NCBI RefSeq assembly: GCF_006345805.1
Contig: NC_043004.1
Location: 27,776,001-27,840,000 of the forward strand
DNA from: Octopus sinensis
Lineage: Eukaryota
Direction: 5' to 3'
DNA: 64,000 bases
Below are positions 52,397-64,000 of the stretch, in pieces (position 1 is the stretch's first letter; every line of letters begins with the position of its first letter). The notes below the pieces were generated by a model. The model worked only from the letters and a program-made list of their open reading frames with translations. It did not search any database and was not told where the DNA came from. The position numbers and the translations under genes were made by a program.

Positions 52397-53664
52397 TGAG
52401 GGGCGTTCAATAAGTAATGCCCCTGACCCACTTGCAGTTGTTTGATCTAGCTGAAATTTTGCATGTGCACTTATTTATACCTCTATGGATTAAGTGGCGA
52501 ATTACAGCTCTGAACTAATTGTGGTTTCTGATTTACAGGTGTTTGAACTGAGTCAAGTGTGAAATGGAGCCTGTTGAGTGTCGAGCAGTGATCTGGTTTT
52601 TGTATTTGAAAGGACGCACACCACGGGAGACTTTTGATGAAATGAAAGTAACTTATGGTGATGATGCCCCATCATATGACCTTGTAAAACGCTGGCATTG
52701 TGAATTCAAACATGGTCGGAACTCTGTGGAAACAGCTCCCAGATCTGGTCGCCCCCTTCTGCCGTTGATGAGACGTCTGTCCGTCAAGTTGAGGCTGCCA
52801 TTTTGGAAGGTCAACGCATAACTATTTGCTAAATAGCCCATAAGGTCAAGATTAGTACCGGGTCTGTGGAAACTATCATTCATGACCATTCGCATATGCA
52901 AAAGGTGTTTGCCAGATGGATTTCCAGGTTGCTCACACCTTTCCAGAAGCAAGAACGCGTTGAGTGCTCGAGGATGAATTTGGAGATGTGCCAAGAAGAT
53001 GAGTCAAAATTTTTCAAAAGACTGATCACACAGGATAAAACCTGGGTCCATCACTATGATCCATAGACCAAAGCCCAGTCAATGCAGTGAAAGCACCGTG
53101 ACTCACCTCCTCCAAAGAAGGCAAGGGTGCAGCCCTCCGCTGACAAGGTTATGCTCAGTCTTCTGGGACCAGGACGGAGTAGTGATGACAGATTTCCTGG
53201 CAAAGGGTACCACAATTACAGGCGCCTATTATGCTTCACTTTTGAGGAAATTAAGAGAAGCTATCAAAATCAAGAGGCGGGGCAAGATCAGCAAAGGCAT
53301 CCTCCTCCTGCAGGACAACGCTCCGGTCCACAACTCGCGTGTCGCCAGATCAGAAGCACAGGCGTGCAGCTATGAACTCCTCCCCTTTCACCCTCTGATT
53401 TTCACCTCTTCCCAGCCATGAAGTTGATTTTGAAAGGAAAGCGTTTCCCAGATGATGCAGCCTTGATTTCTGAAGTCACGTCGTGGTTGGAGGACCAAGC
53501 TGGGGTCTTCTACAAAAACGGTCTCCAGAGCTGTATCAAACGATGGGAGAAATGCATAACTCTGGGTAGTTCCTATGTAGGAAAAGACTAATAACTGTGC
53601 CAAGTGTCGTTGCTCTACTGCTATGGGAAGTGGGTCAGGGGCATTACTTATTGAACGCCCCTCG
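52397..53664 (+). mobile_element. Full-length mariner (DD34D-type) pseudo-element
   Basis: Near-perfect TIRs (c/t)gaggggcgttcaataagtaatgcccctgacccact, TA TSD; MEPVECRAVI..ITQDKTWVHHYDP..LLQDNAPVH; frameshifts, stops and a deletion across the YSPDLAP motif. Confidence 0.95.
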
Positions 53665-54384
53665 TAATTTCGAGATAATTCTATGTTAAACATTTCGAGT
53701 ATAACACTTATACCAATCTTCGACTGCCTAATGAATCGTTTAGAAGACGTATACTCGAAATTTGGATGTTGTCCTTGAAAGAGACATGGTTCTTTAGACA
53801 CCAAACTTTCTGTTTTCTGTTTCAAGATTTGATATTATTATTTGCCCTATAATGTTATTTTCCCTCATTATGTTTGTATTTATCTTCTTATATGTGTTTG
53901 TTATAGATTCAGATATATATATATCTAACCAAATATGATAGTATACTTGATTAAAATTGTTTGTTTTGTCTGGCTGAAAGCAGATATTTTTAAATAATTG
54001 ATCTCTTGTGTTTTAGTGTTTAATTTTCTAAGTAAACTTTGTATTTACTTTCCAGTATTTGATGTTTTCGCTAGGATAAATAAATCGTCTTGAAATGTTT
54101 GTGATAACGGATTAGGCGGGGAAATTCTTGCTGGTTTTAAATCTGAATTCGGACTTGTTATTTACATTTTTCTCTTGTTCATTATAAAAATGGAATTCTC
54201 TTTCAAGTCTTATAGTGGCCTATCTATATAAGTAAAGTAAAAGTAGAGTCGATTGCAACAAAAGTACCATGCTTTTACCACTTTGAGCTCCTCAGGGCTA
54301 TGGAAATTAGTTGAAATATTTGAAGGTATGTAAATAGAAGGAAGAAGAGGTATTGACAATGAAGAAGTTACATGTCTGTTTCTG

Positions 54385-54690
54385 TGTTAAGGCTCGTGGT
54401 TTAGTTGTTAGGTTTATGATCGTGAGTTCGATACCTGGTGGCGTGTTGTGTCCTTGAGGAAGATACTTTATCTTTTGTTGCTGCTGTCCACTCACCTGGA
54501 AAACATGAGTAGTGCCTTTATTTCAAAGGGCCAGCCATGTTACAATCTTTGTTACGCTGAATCCCCCTGAGAACTATGAGTATGTCTGTCTGTGGAATAT
54601 TCAGCCACTTGCAAATTAATTTCACGAGCAGGCTGTACCGGTGACCGGATTAATTGGGATATTCATCGTCGTAACCTACGGAATGCCAGT
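54385..54690 (+). mobile_element. SINE family C, diverged
   Basis: ggtttagttgttagg..gagttcgatacc..gtgtccttgagg..tttcaaagggccagcc..cgtaacctacggaatg. Confidence 0.7.
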
Positions 54691-54749
54691 TATTTAGGAT
54701 AGCATAGTTTAAAGAAACAAAATATTCTCTTGGCTATTGGGTTTTAATG

Positions 54750-55420
54750 TAGTTCTATATTTAAGAGATGAGGAATTATTTACATTATTTACAATTGACG
54801 GATATTTGTCCTCATCTTGTTTGTTGCTAACACAACATTTCGGCTGATATACCCTCCAGCCTTCATCAGGTGTCTTGGGAAAATTTCGAAACTGGGTTCT
54901 CATTCCTAAGGTATTTTTCGATGTTGTTGTTATTATTATTATTATTCAGGTCACTGCCTGGAATCGAACTCTGAATCTTAGGGTTAGTAGCCCACATTCA
55001 TAACCACTCCGCCATATGCCCGTGGCCATATAAATCTCATATTCCTTAATACCGGTTCCCATATGCTGTTCATATCTGCACTCGGTCTGCTTAGGAAATT
55101 GTTGCGTCCTAGCATATGTGCTGCTTCTTTTAGTTTTCGTATTTTCCAGTGGTTTTCTCTGTCTATTATTTTAACTTCATCCCACAGCAGGGGGGGGAGG
55201 GGTCTCCATTTTTCAATACATGATCAGCTATACCCGATTTATCAATATCTCCCCGTGTCACAGCTTTGCGATGTTCCTCTACCCTTATTTTGAGGGGGCG
55301 GCATGTTTCGCCTTTGTATAACCTACCACAGCTGCATGGGATGAAGTACACGCAGTTCTCAGTCATATTCTCTTCTATGGGTGGGTTTTACACGAGGGAG
55401 ATATTCGCAAATATCTGTCT
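54750..55420 (-). mobile_element. Penelope-like element 3' end: GIY-YIG endonuclease, tRNA-like segment, hammerhead
   Basis: NCVYFIPCSCGRLYKGETCRPLKIRVEEH..SGIADH(fs)LWDEVKIIDRE..RKLKEAAH. tRNA-like segment 55021-54947 follows immediately; hammerhead at 54874-54829. Confidence 0.88.
54829..54874 (-). ncRNA. Minimal type I hammerhead ribozyme motif
   Basis: GACAC CTGATGA A GGCTG-gagggtatat-CAGCC GAAA TGTT GTGTT: both core boxes intact, stems I and II pair. Confidence 0.75.
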
Positions 55421-55555
55421 AGGCACGTTAGGTAGTAGTAATAACAGTAGAAGGTTAATATTATTCGGTTTACATTTTGTATTTGAGAGGGTCAATATAA
55501 AAGCACCTGGATCGAACCTATGACTTTAAGATCCCGAGCCTAATAGCTTAAGAAC

Positions 55556-55606
<51 letters not shown>

Positions 55607-55729
55607 TGTGTAGGTATGAATATGTCCACCTATTCAACAATTTAGGCATTTTCGAGGACAGCTCTTCAAAAGCTTCAAAATAAGTTACTTTCCCTGCCCT
55701 ATTTAAATGTATGGTAAGAAAGCGATCAT

Positions 55730-56170
55730 ATTTTAAATCCTTGGATCTTTTCGGTTTGAACAGCAGTTTTTTTCTTGCGGTGTCATATGAAATTGTCACC
55801 CATAATTATGACCCTAGTATCGATCTATTGCATTTCAATCTGTTTTAGGGTTAGGTTTAGTTAGGGATATGGTTAGGAGTGGGGAAAGGGTATCTTTTTT
55901 TCTTCACAAATGTAAATAAACCCAATCTGTTTCTTAAACAAGGGACATATTCATACGGCACAGAATGTTTTTTTTACTTCAATAGACGTCAGTGATTGGT
56001 TGAAATTGCAGAAATTGAAGAAAAAAGCAACAAATATCTTACAAACTATAGAATTTTCTCAATAAAGCCAAGAGAAAAAGATGTTTTATAAACACATTCT
56101 ACCAGTATACGAAGTTTAAAAGTATCTAGTTACGTGGAAATTATTTTTAAAAAACTGCCGTTCCTTGATT
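55730..56170. mobile_element. Unclassified non-autonomous element with subterminal inverted motif and internal TTAGGG-like tract
   Basis: gaacagcagttttttt versus aaaaaactgccgttc; ttttagggttaggtttagttaggg at ~55843-55865. Confidence 0.4.
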
Positions 56171-56371
56171 TTAAAGTAATTTGATCGAAATGTGTGTGCA
56201 GCGCGTGCGCGTACACATTCACACACACGCATAAAATGTATAATATATTTGCATGTGTCGATGTGTGTATTTGTACATAGATATATGTCTATGCGCATAC
56301 ACTTGTGTGTTTATACGTATATTTACATGTATATATATACATACATACTTACATTGATACATGCATGCACA

Positions 56372-56405
<34 letters not shown>

Positions 56406-56651
56406 TATCGTTTTTGTGTTTCGTTTGCAAGGTTCTTTACGTGAATTCGTGTGTTGAAGCATATTTTTTATTGTGTCTGGGGAGGGTCATACCTTATCAA
56501 TTTACAATCTCCGATTCGATTTCCACTCATTTTTTTTTTCTGAAATTTTCGTTACTTCTTGCAACTTCTTGAATAGTCGTTGATTCTGTCCATTATCGGA
56601 GCTGCGTTCTTTTGTTTGTTTGTTTGCCTTGGGGAGACACAATAATATATA

Positions 56652-56699
<48 letters not shown>

Positions 56700-56700
<1 letters not shown>

Positions 56701-57075
56701 TCATCATCATCATCGTTTAACGCCCGTTTTCCGTGCTAGCATGGGTTGGACGGTTTGACCGGGTTCTGGGAAGCCAGGAGGCTGCGCCAGGCTCCAGTCT
56801 GATCTGGCAGTGTTTCTACAGCGGGATGCCCTTCCTAACGCCAACCACTCCGTGAGTGTAGTGGGTGCTTTTTACGTGCCACCGGCACAGGTATCACAAC
56901 TACAATTTCCATTTGATATTTATTTTGATGTTGATGTACTTGACTCAATAGGTCTCCTCAAGCACAGCAGGTCGTTCTGCAATCCAAGGTACTTTGGATG
57001 GTGGGGCTATGCGAAACTGGGGCAGGAAGCAGCCATGAACTCACGTTATTTGTCGGGTCTTTGCAGTCATAGCAT
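56700..57075 (-). mobile_element. RTE LINE 3' UTR (related subfamily)
   Basis: (gat)n tail, ccgtccaacccatgctagc and a single gtgccggtggcac unit; upstream part loosely matches 10010-10170. Confidence 0.75.
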
Positions 57076-57121
57076 ATCATATAAATATATATATATTATA
57101 TATATATATACATGCACACAC

Positions 57122-57207
<86 letters not shown>

Positions 57208-57235
57208 CATGTATATCACTTCTAGTTTTTGATTA

Positions 57236-58112
57236 TTATAAATTTTCCCCTGAGGAAGGACCCAGTTTCCAACAAAGATACAAGGCTCCATCTTTGGGAT
57301 GTAGTTAACGCAGACAAATTCTTGCATATTTTTACTCTTCCACTCACAGTTTGCACTTGTAATGTACGAATTAGATGAAAATCCTAGTTTATCCAGATTC
57401 TCCTTTAAGCGTTTACTAACAAAACTTAGTGCTCCAATTATTATTGGTATGAATATGAATTGATAGCCTGGATATCATGTATGTATGCCTGGATATCAAT
57501 TTGATTTTCAAAGAGGTACTTATATCTGCAGGGCAGCTGACCTCTATGACGGTGCATACATTTGCTCCGCTGTCCCAAACGACAATATCCGGCCTGTTAT
57601 GTTTACATTTGACAGAAGTTTTAATGGAAATATTACACCAGTATTCTTTGAGTTGATGTTTATGAATGTATTCCTAACAGAGGGATTTCCTAAGTTTATT
57701 TCTGGGCAGTCTCCTTTGTGGATGGCGTTGTAAATTGTTTTAGTATCGTGCCGCATAAGAAGGTAGTACCGTAACATTTTAGGACAGCTGCTAATCACAT
57801 TCGTGATGTCTTCCACAGAAGCATGACATAGCCTACACATGCAGTTGCACCTTGGCATTACTAGAGCGTCACTCTCTCTTGTTCACCAGGTATTTTATGA
57901 CTATCTCCTGTTCCTGGATTGCAAACGCAAAGCTTTCAAAGTGTAATGTGATGTAGTGGTCTTGTGTCCAAGAGAGGCTGCACTTTGTGTCAGTTCTACT
58001 GTCATCTTCAAGCATCCGGACAACATACCCATGCATAGTCTGTTTTCTTTTGTATGCTGAGTACTTTCCATCCAGGTCTTCTCTGAGGGAAGAGAGCCCA
58101 GCTGTTTTGGGG
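57236..58112 (-). mobile_element. R4/Dong-type non-LTR retrotransposon 3' fragment (Zn knuckle plus restriction-like endonuclease)
   Basis: MHGY..FAFAIQEQEI..CRLCHASVEDITNVISSCPKM..RHD..KHNRPDIVVWD..TVIEVSCPAD (PD..E motif). Confidence 0.8.
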
Positions 58113-58171
58113 CTGTTTAGGAGATAATCAGGAAGAGAGTGCTTCTTAGGAGCTCACTGCCAACTCGTACA

Positions 58172-59030
58172 ATGTTTGTATGTATGTATGTATATATGTA
58201 TGTATGTATGCATGTATGTATGTATGTATGATGCATGCATGCATGTATGTATATATGCATGCACGTATGTATGTATGTATGTATGTATGTATGTATGTAT
58301 GCATGCATGCATGTATATATATATATATGTATGTATGTATGTATGCATGCATGCATGCATGCATGTATGTATGCATGCATGCATGTATATATGCATGCAT
58401 GTATGTATGTATGTATGTATGTATGTATGTATGTATGCATGCATGCATGCATGTATGTATATATGCATGCATGCATGTATGTATGTATATATGTATGTAT
58501 GTATGTATGCATGCATGTATGCATGTATGTATGTATGCATGCATGTATGCATGTATGTATGTATGCATGCATATATGCATGTATGTATGTATATATGTAT
58601 GTATTTATGTATGTATGTATATATGCATGCACGTATGTATGTATGTATGTATGTATGTATGTATGCATGCATGCATGTATATATATATATATGTATGTAT
58701 GTATGTATGCATGCATGCATGCATGTATGTATGCATGCATGCATGTATATATGCATGCATGTATGTATGTATGTATGTATGTATGTATGTATGTATGCAT
58801 GCATGCATGCATGTATGTATATATGCATGCATGCATGCATGTATGTATATATGCATGCATGCATGTATGCATGTATGTATGTATGCATGCATGTATGCAT
58901 GTATGTATGTATGCATGCATATATGCATGTATGTATGTATATATGTATGTATTTATGTATGTATGTATATATGCATGTATGTATGTATGCATGCATGCAT
59001 GTATGCATGCATGTATATTTGCAGATGTGT
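58172..59030. repeat. (TATG/CATG/TGCA) array with ~350-370-bp higher-order duplication
   Basis: Rare markers recur: gcacgt at ~58261 and ~58629; atttat at ~58603 and ~58951. Confidence 0.85.
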
Positions 59031-59372
59031 ATGCTTTGTTTTATGTATGTCCTCTCTTGCAAGTCTAGACATGCTTGCTCATATATACTTAAATAATAAA
59101 TTTCTGGAAAGTTTTACAGATTTTTACAGTTCCAGTGGTGGCTTGGATGCGTAATGTATACATGTCATTATGCAGTTTATTGCAAGATTTCTTGCCAATA
59201 GAGAAAAAAGCGGTTTCTAACCTAGATCCAAGGCTCCTTCATTGAAATTTCAACATCAACAACAGGGTATTTTTGTTTGTATGTATGTATGTATGTATGT
59301 ATGTATGTATGTATGTATGTATGTATGTATGTATGTATGTATGTATGTATGCATGCATGCATGAATGTATAC

Positions 59373-59405
<33 letters not shown>

Positions 59406-59589
59406 TGTATGTATGTATGTATGTATGTATGTATGTATGTATGTGTGTATGTGTGTATGTTGGAATATATATGTATACAAGTGTGGGCTGACTATGAACA
59501 AGGGATGCTAAAGCATCTTGCATACATTCATTTCAACTCTCCTTATTAATAACTGCGTTGTTTCTTTCCTGGTAAACTGACATCTGACT

Positions 59590-59929
59590 GCTCAAAGAAG
59601 ACTTCAAAAGTAACTAGTAGCAACTCCACTTGAAAATCGATCAAATTTGGTATCGTGGTGTTACCATGTATCTCCAGAAAAATGGTTTAGTCCCCAATGA
59701 CATTTATGCTGACATGGCTGCTACATTGGGGGATGATGCTCCAGTTTTATCAACAGTGCGCTGGCGTGGCTGTGTGGTAAGTAGCTTGCTTACCAACCAC
59801 ATGGTTCCGGGTTCAGTCCCACTGCGTGGCACTTTGGGCAAGTGTCTTCTACTATAGCCTCGTGCCGACCAAAGCCTTGTGAGTGGATTTGGTAGACGGA
59901 AACTGAAAGAAGCCCGTCGTGTACATGTG

Positions 59930-59962
<33 letters not shown>

Positions 59963-60365
59963 TTGTGTGTCTGTGTTTGTCCCCCCAACATCGCTTGACA
60001 ACCGATGCTGGTGTGTTTACGTCCCGCGTCACATAGCGGTTCGGCAAAAGAGACCAATAGAATAAGTACTAGGCTTTACAAAGAATAAATCCTGGGGTCG
60101 AATTGCTCGACTAAAGGCGGTGCTCCAGCATGGCCGCAGTCAAATGACTGAAACAAGTAAAAGAGTGCAAAAGTGGGCAACTGAATATAAAAGGGAAAGG
60201 GAGAGTCTTGAATATGATCCAAGGTCTGGACGTCCTGCAGCTTCCACCACCGAACAAAGCATTCCTCTTGTTCCCCACATGGTGACGGATGACAGGTGAC
60301 TGACTGTAAATCAAATAGTCAATGCTATTTGCAATATTCTGACACCTGGTCACATCACAGGAAAA
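59590..60365 (+). mobile_element. Mariner 5' fragment split by a SINE
   Basis: YRGVTMYLQKNGL..LGDDAPVLSTV|QKWATEYK..DPRSGRP; the frame rejoins when the SINE is removed. Confidence 0.8.
59760..60163 (+). mobile_element. SINE family A, complete, short TSD agtgc
   Basis: agtgc at 59755-59759 and 60164-60168. Confidence 0.88.
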
Positions 60366-60439
60366 TCTGACATTATTTGAGGTAGATCCAGCTGGTTTCC
60401 TTGAGAGTTTCATAAGTCAGGTTGAGTGTTGGGGTCATC

Positions 60440-61085
60440 ACTCACATGCATGCATACATACATACGTACATACATACATACATACATACATACATACATA
60501 CATACATACATACATACGCACATACATACATACATACAAACGTACATACATACATACATACATACATACATACGTACGTACGTACGTACATACGTACGTA
60601 CATACATACATACATACTTACATACATACATACGTACATACATACATACATACGTACATACATACGTTCGTACATACATACATACGTACGTACATACATA
60701 CATACATACATACATACATACGTACATACATACATACATACAAACGTACATACATACATACGTACATACATACATACATACATACATACATACATACATA
60801 CATACATACATACGCACATACATACATACATTCATACATACATACATACAAACGTACATACATACATACATACGTACATACATACTTACATACATACATA
60901 CATACGTACGTACGTACATACATAGATACATACATACATACATACATACATACATACATACGTTCGTACATACGTACATACATACGTACATACATACGTT
61001 CGTACATACATACATACATACATACATACATACATACATACATACATACATACATGCATACATACATACATACATACATGCATAT
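60440..61085. repeat. (CATA)n array with CGTA/CAAA/CTTA variants
   Basis: Directly visible. Confidence 0.95.
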
Positions 61086-61088
61086 ATA

Positions 61089-61950
61089 CGAGGGGGCACC
61101 CAAGAGAAACCAGAATTTTGTGATATTATTTTATTCCCTCAGCTTTACATGTTTACACTTTTATCGCCTTCAGAGTATTCTCCATTTGAAACAATACATC
61201 AGTCTTTGAACTCTTACGAAGTGATGCCTATAAACTCCTCCGTCGTTTTTTTTATTTTCTCCTTCACCTTTTCCACATCTGCAAAACGCTTTCTTTAAGG
61301 ACTTTTTTTTTTTATTCGATGGAACAAAAAGAGTAGCACAGTGCAAGACCGGGTGAATAGATGTGGATAAGGAGGCAGGTTCATGGCATTTCTGGTGAAA
61401 ATTTGTCTCACACTCAAGGTGGTTTATGTAGGAGCATTGTCGTGATGAAGCCACCATTCTCCACTTTACCACAGATCGTGGCGTTTTCGTCTCACCGCGT
61501 CTCGAAAACGCTTCAGAACTGCCAAGTTTAATATCTGGTTAACAGTTCGACCAGGAGGAAGAAATTGTGTGTGGACAATTCCTTTCGCATCGATGAAACA
61601 AATCACAATCGTCTTGACATTGGACTTCACTTGCGGCGCTTTTTGGCAGCTTGGTGGCATTGAATGCTTCCATTGACTTGATTGCTGCTTCGTTTCCGGG
61701 TCGTAGCCGTAGAAGAAGCTTTCGTCACTAGGGATGACCTTCGAAAAAAGGCCCGAATCAACTTCCAGCTGTTCTTTCAGTTCACGACACGCATTCAGTC
61801 GTGACTGCTTTTGATCTTCCGTGAGCAAGCGAGGCGCCAATTTTGCTGCAACTCTTTTCAGTCGCCCTGAACGAGGTTCATCTTTAAGCGACAAGCGACC
61901 ATTCCTAAAGCGTGAAAGCTGCTCGTAAACTTGTGTTTTTCTCATGGCTT
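61089..61950 (-). mobile_element. Mariner (DD34D-type), 5'-truncated and internally deleted
   Basis: RLLTEDQKQSRL..SDESFFYGYDPETKQQSSQW..WWLHHDNAP; right end cgagggggcacc with TA. Confidence 0.88.
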
Positions 61951-62043
61951 ACAAATTCCAGGAGTTGATTTGTTCGACTAAGGGGCGGTGTTCTAGCATG
62001 GCCACAGTCAAAATGACTGAAGCGAGTAAAAGAATAAAAGAAT
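61950..62043 (+). mobile_element. SINE family A 3' tail
   Basis: ggcttacaaattccaggagttgatttgttcgact..gactgaagcgagtaaaagaataaaaga. Confidence 0.7.
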
Positions 62044-62798
62044 ACATGTTTGTGTATGTTTGTATGTGTGTGTGTGTTATCAAGTAATGTAACTAATGTA
62101 ATGGGTTTAATTATTTTAATTGATAAAAATTACATCCGTAGTGAGAAGGGAAATCAGTACCTTGATTAATTTGTAGTCAAGGAAGTTCGATAATGACAAC
62201 TTCAGGATTGAATTTAACAAAAATTCATTAGAAATTGAATGCAGACATGCTGTGGGAAGTGACAACAGTAGACATACATTTTATTGTAATCAGAACCCCG
62301 CAGAAAAAAACACACTGTAAGTAGGTCCTTTTATATTGCCAGCGTAACCGTTCATTCAATGTGCTCTACTCTTCATAACTGATGTGGCGAAATATACCTA
62401 ACAAGGCACTTAATTATAGAGTGGGCTCGTTTAAAGAGAATCTAACTAAAGTTTTAACTATATATACGGTGCAGTGATAAGAACTTTGAGCATTTGTTCA
62501 AAGGCCCATCTCTATAGATGTATATAACACAGAAGTATCTCTCCTTTAGGTCTGTACAGTGGAACAGCAGAATCATTAATATAACAGACTGGGGCCGGAA
62601 ACATAAACTACCTGTCAAATAGAGTTATTAACAATGGATTTACCTTATCGTAAAATGGATAATACTGTAAGGATTTGGTGCAAGGGAGATAACAATGATG
62701 GTTGTAAGAACAGAAAACAGAAATACAGTTTCTCTGTCGAATTGAGAAGAAAGGAAAACACTAGACATTCCAGTGATAAGTTAATATACATTTGGAAT

Positions 62799-64000
62799 AT
62801 GTATGCATGTATGTATGTATGTATGTATGTATGTATGTATGTATGTATGTATGTATGTATGTATGTATGTATGTATGTATGCATGCATGTATGTATGTAT
62901 GTATGTATGTATGTATGTATGTATGTATGTATGTATGTATGCATGCATGTATGTATGTATGTATGTATATATGCATGTCTGTATGTATGTATGTATGTAT
63001 GTATGTATGTATGTATGTATGTATGTATGTATGTATGCATGCATGTATGTATGTATGCATGCATGCATGTATGTATGTATGTATGTATGTATGTATGTAT
63101 GTATGTATGTATGCATGTATGTATGTATGTATGCATGCATGTATGTATGTATATATGCATGTATGTATGTATGTATGTATGTATGTATGTATGTATGTAT
63201 GTATGTATGCATGTATGTATGTATGTATGCATGCATGTATGTATGTATGTATGTATGTATGCATGCATGTATGTATGTATGTATGTATATATGCATGTAT
63301 GTATGTATGTATGTATGTATGTATGTATGCATGTATGCATGTATGTATGTATGTATGTATGTATGTATGTATGTATGCATGTATGTATGTATGTATGTAT
63401 GTATGCATGCATGTATGCATGTATTTATGTATGCATGCATGTATGTATGTATGTATGTATGTATGTATGCATGTATGTATGTATGCATGCATGTATGTAT
63501 GCATGTATGCATGTATGTATGCATGTATGTATGTATGTATGTATGTATGCATGTATGTATGTATGCATGTATGTATGTATGCATGCATGCATGTATGTAT
63601 GTATGTATGTATGTATGTATGCATGCATGCATGTATGTATGCATGTATGTATGTATGCATGTATGCATGTATGTATGTATGTATGTATGTATGTATGTAT
63701 ATATGCATGCATGCATGTATGTATGTATGTATGTATGTATGTATGTATGCATGTATGCATGTATGTATGTATGCATGTATGTATGTATGTATGCATGCAT
63801 GCATGTATGTATGTATGTATGTATGTATGTATGTATGTATGCATGTATGTATGTATGCATGTATGTATGTATGTATGTATGCATGTATGTATGTATGTAT
63901 GCATGCATGTATGTATGTATGTATATATGCATGTATGTATGTATGTATGTATGTATGTATGTATGTATGTATGTATGTATGTATGCATGTATGTATGTAT
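62799..64000. repeat. >1.2-kb (TATG)n array with TGCA variants, runs off the window
   Basis: Directly visible. Confidence 0.97.

Noticed and set aside
55843-55880. TTAGGG-like tract
   Set aside because: Only 2-3 degenerate units inside a dispersed repeat; not a telomere or a convincing interstitial telomeric array.

Overview
AT-rich eukaryotic DNA, dense in microsatellites and transposon remnants. The repeat landscape (RTE LINEs, several tRNA-derived SINE families, TA/TG/TATG arrays) suggests an octopod cephalopod such as Octopus; this is an inference. The only well-supported host gene is the 3' end of a plexin-domain-containing (PLXDC/TEM7-like) gene on the + strand: a transmembrane exon at 12494-12612 and a terminal coding exon at 13734-13832. 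The remainder is a nest of mostly dead elements: RTE, CR1 and R4/Dong-type LINEs, Penelope-like elements, mariner, maT DD37D, TRT-like DD37E, Tigger, FLYWCH-MULE, Helitrons and three SINE families. The most interesting signal is a unit made of a tRNA-like Pol III head plus a minimal hammerhead ribozyme motif. It occurs once directly at the end of a Penelope GIY-YIG ORF (54750-55420, minus strand) and once as a free ~244-bp insertion with an 11-bp target-site duplication (25916-26159). Further hammerhead-like motifs lie at ~18.2 kb and ~8.5 kb. Almost all long ORFs in the supplied track are microsatellite artefacts. All family assignments come from motif recognition by eye; no database search was run.
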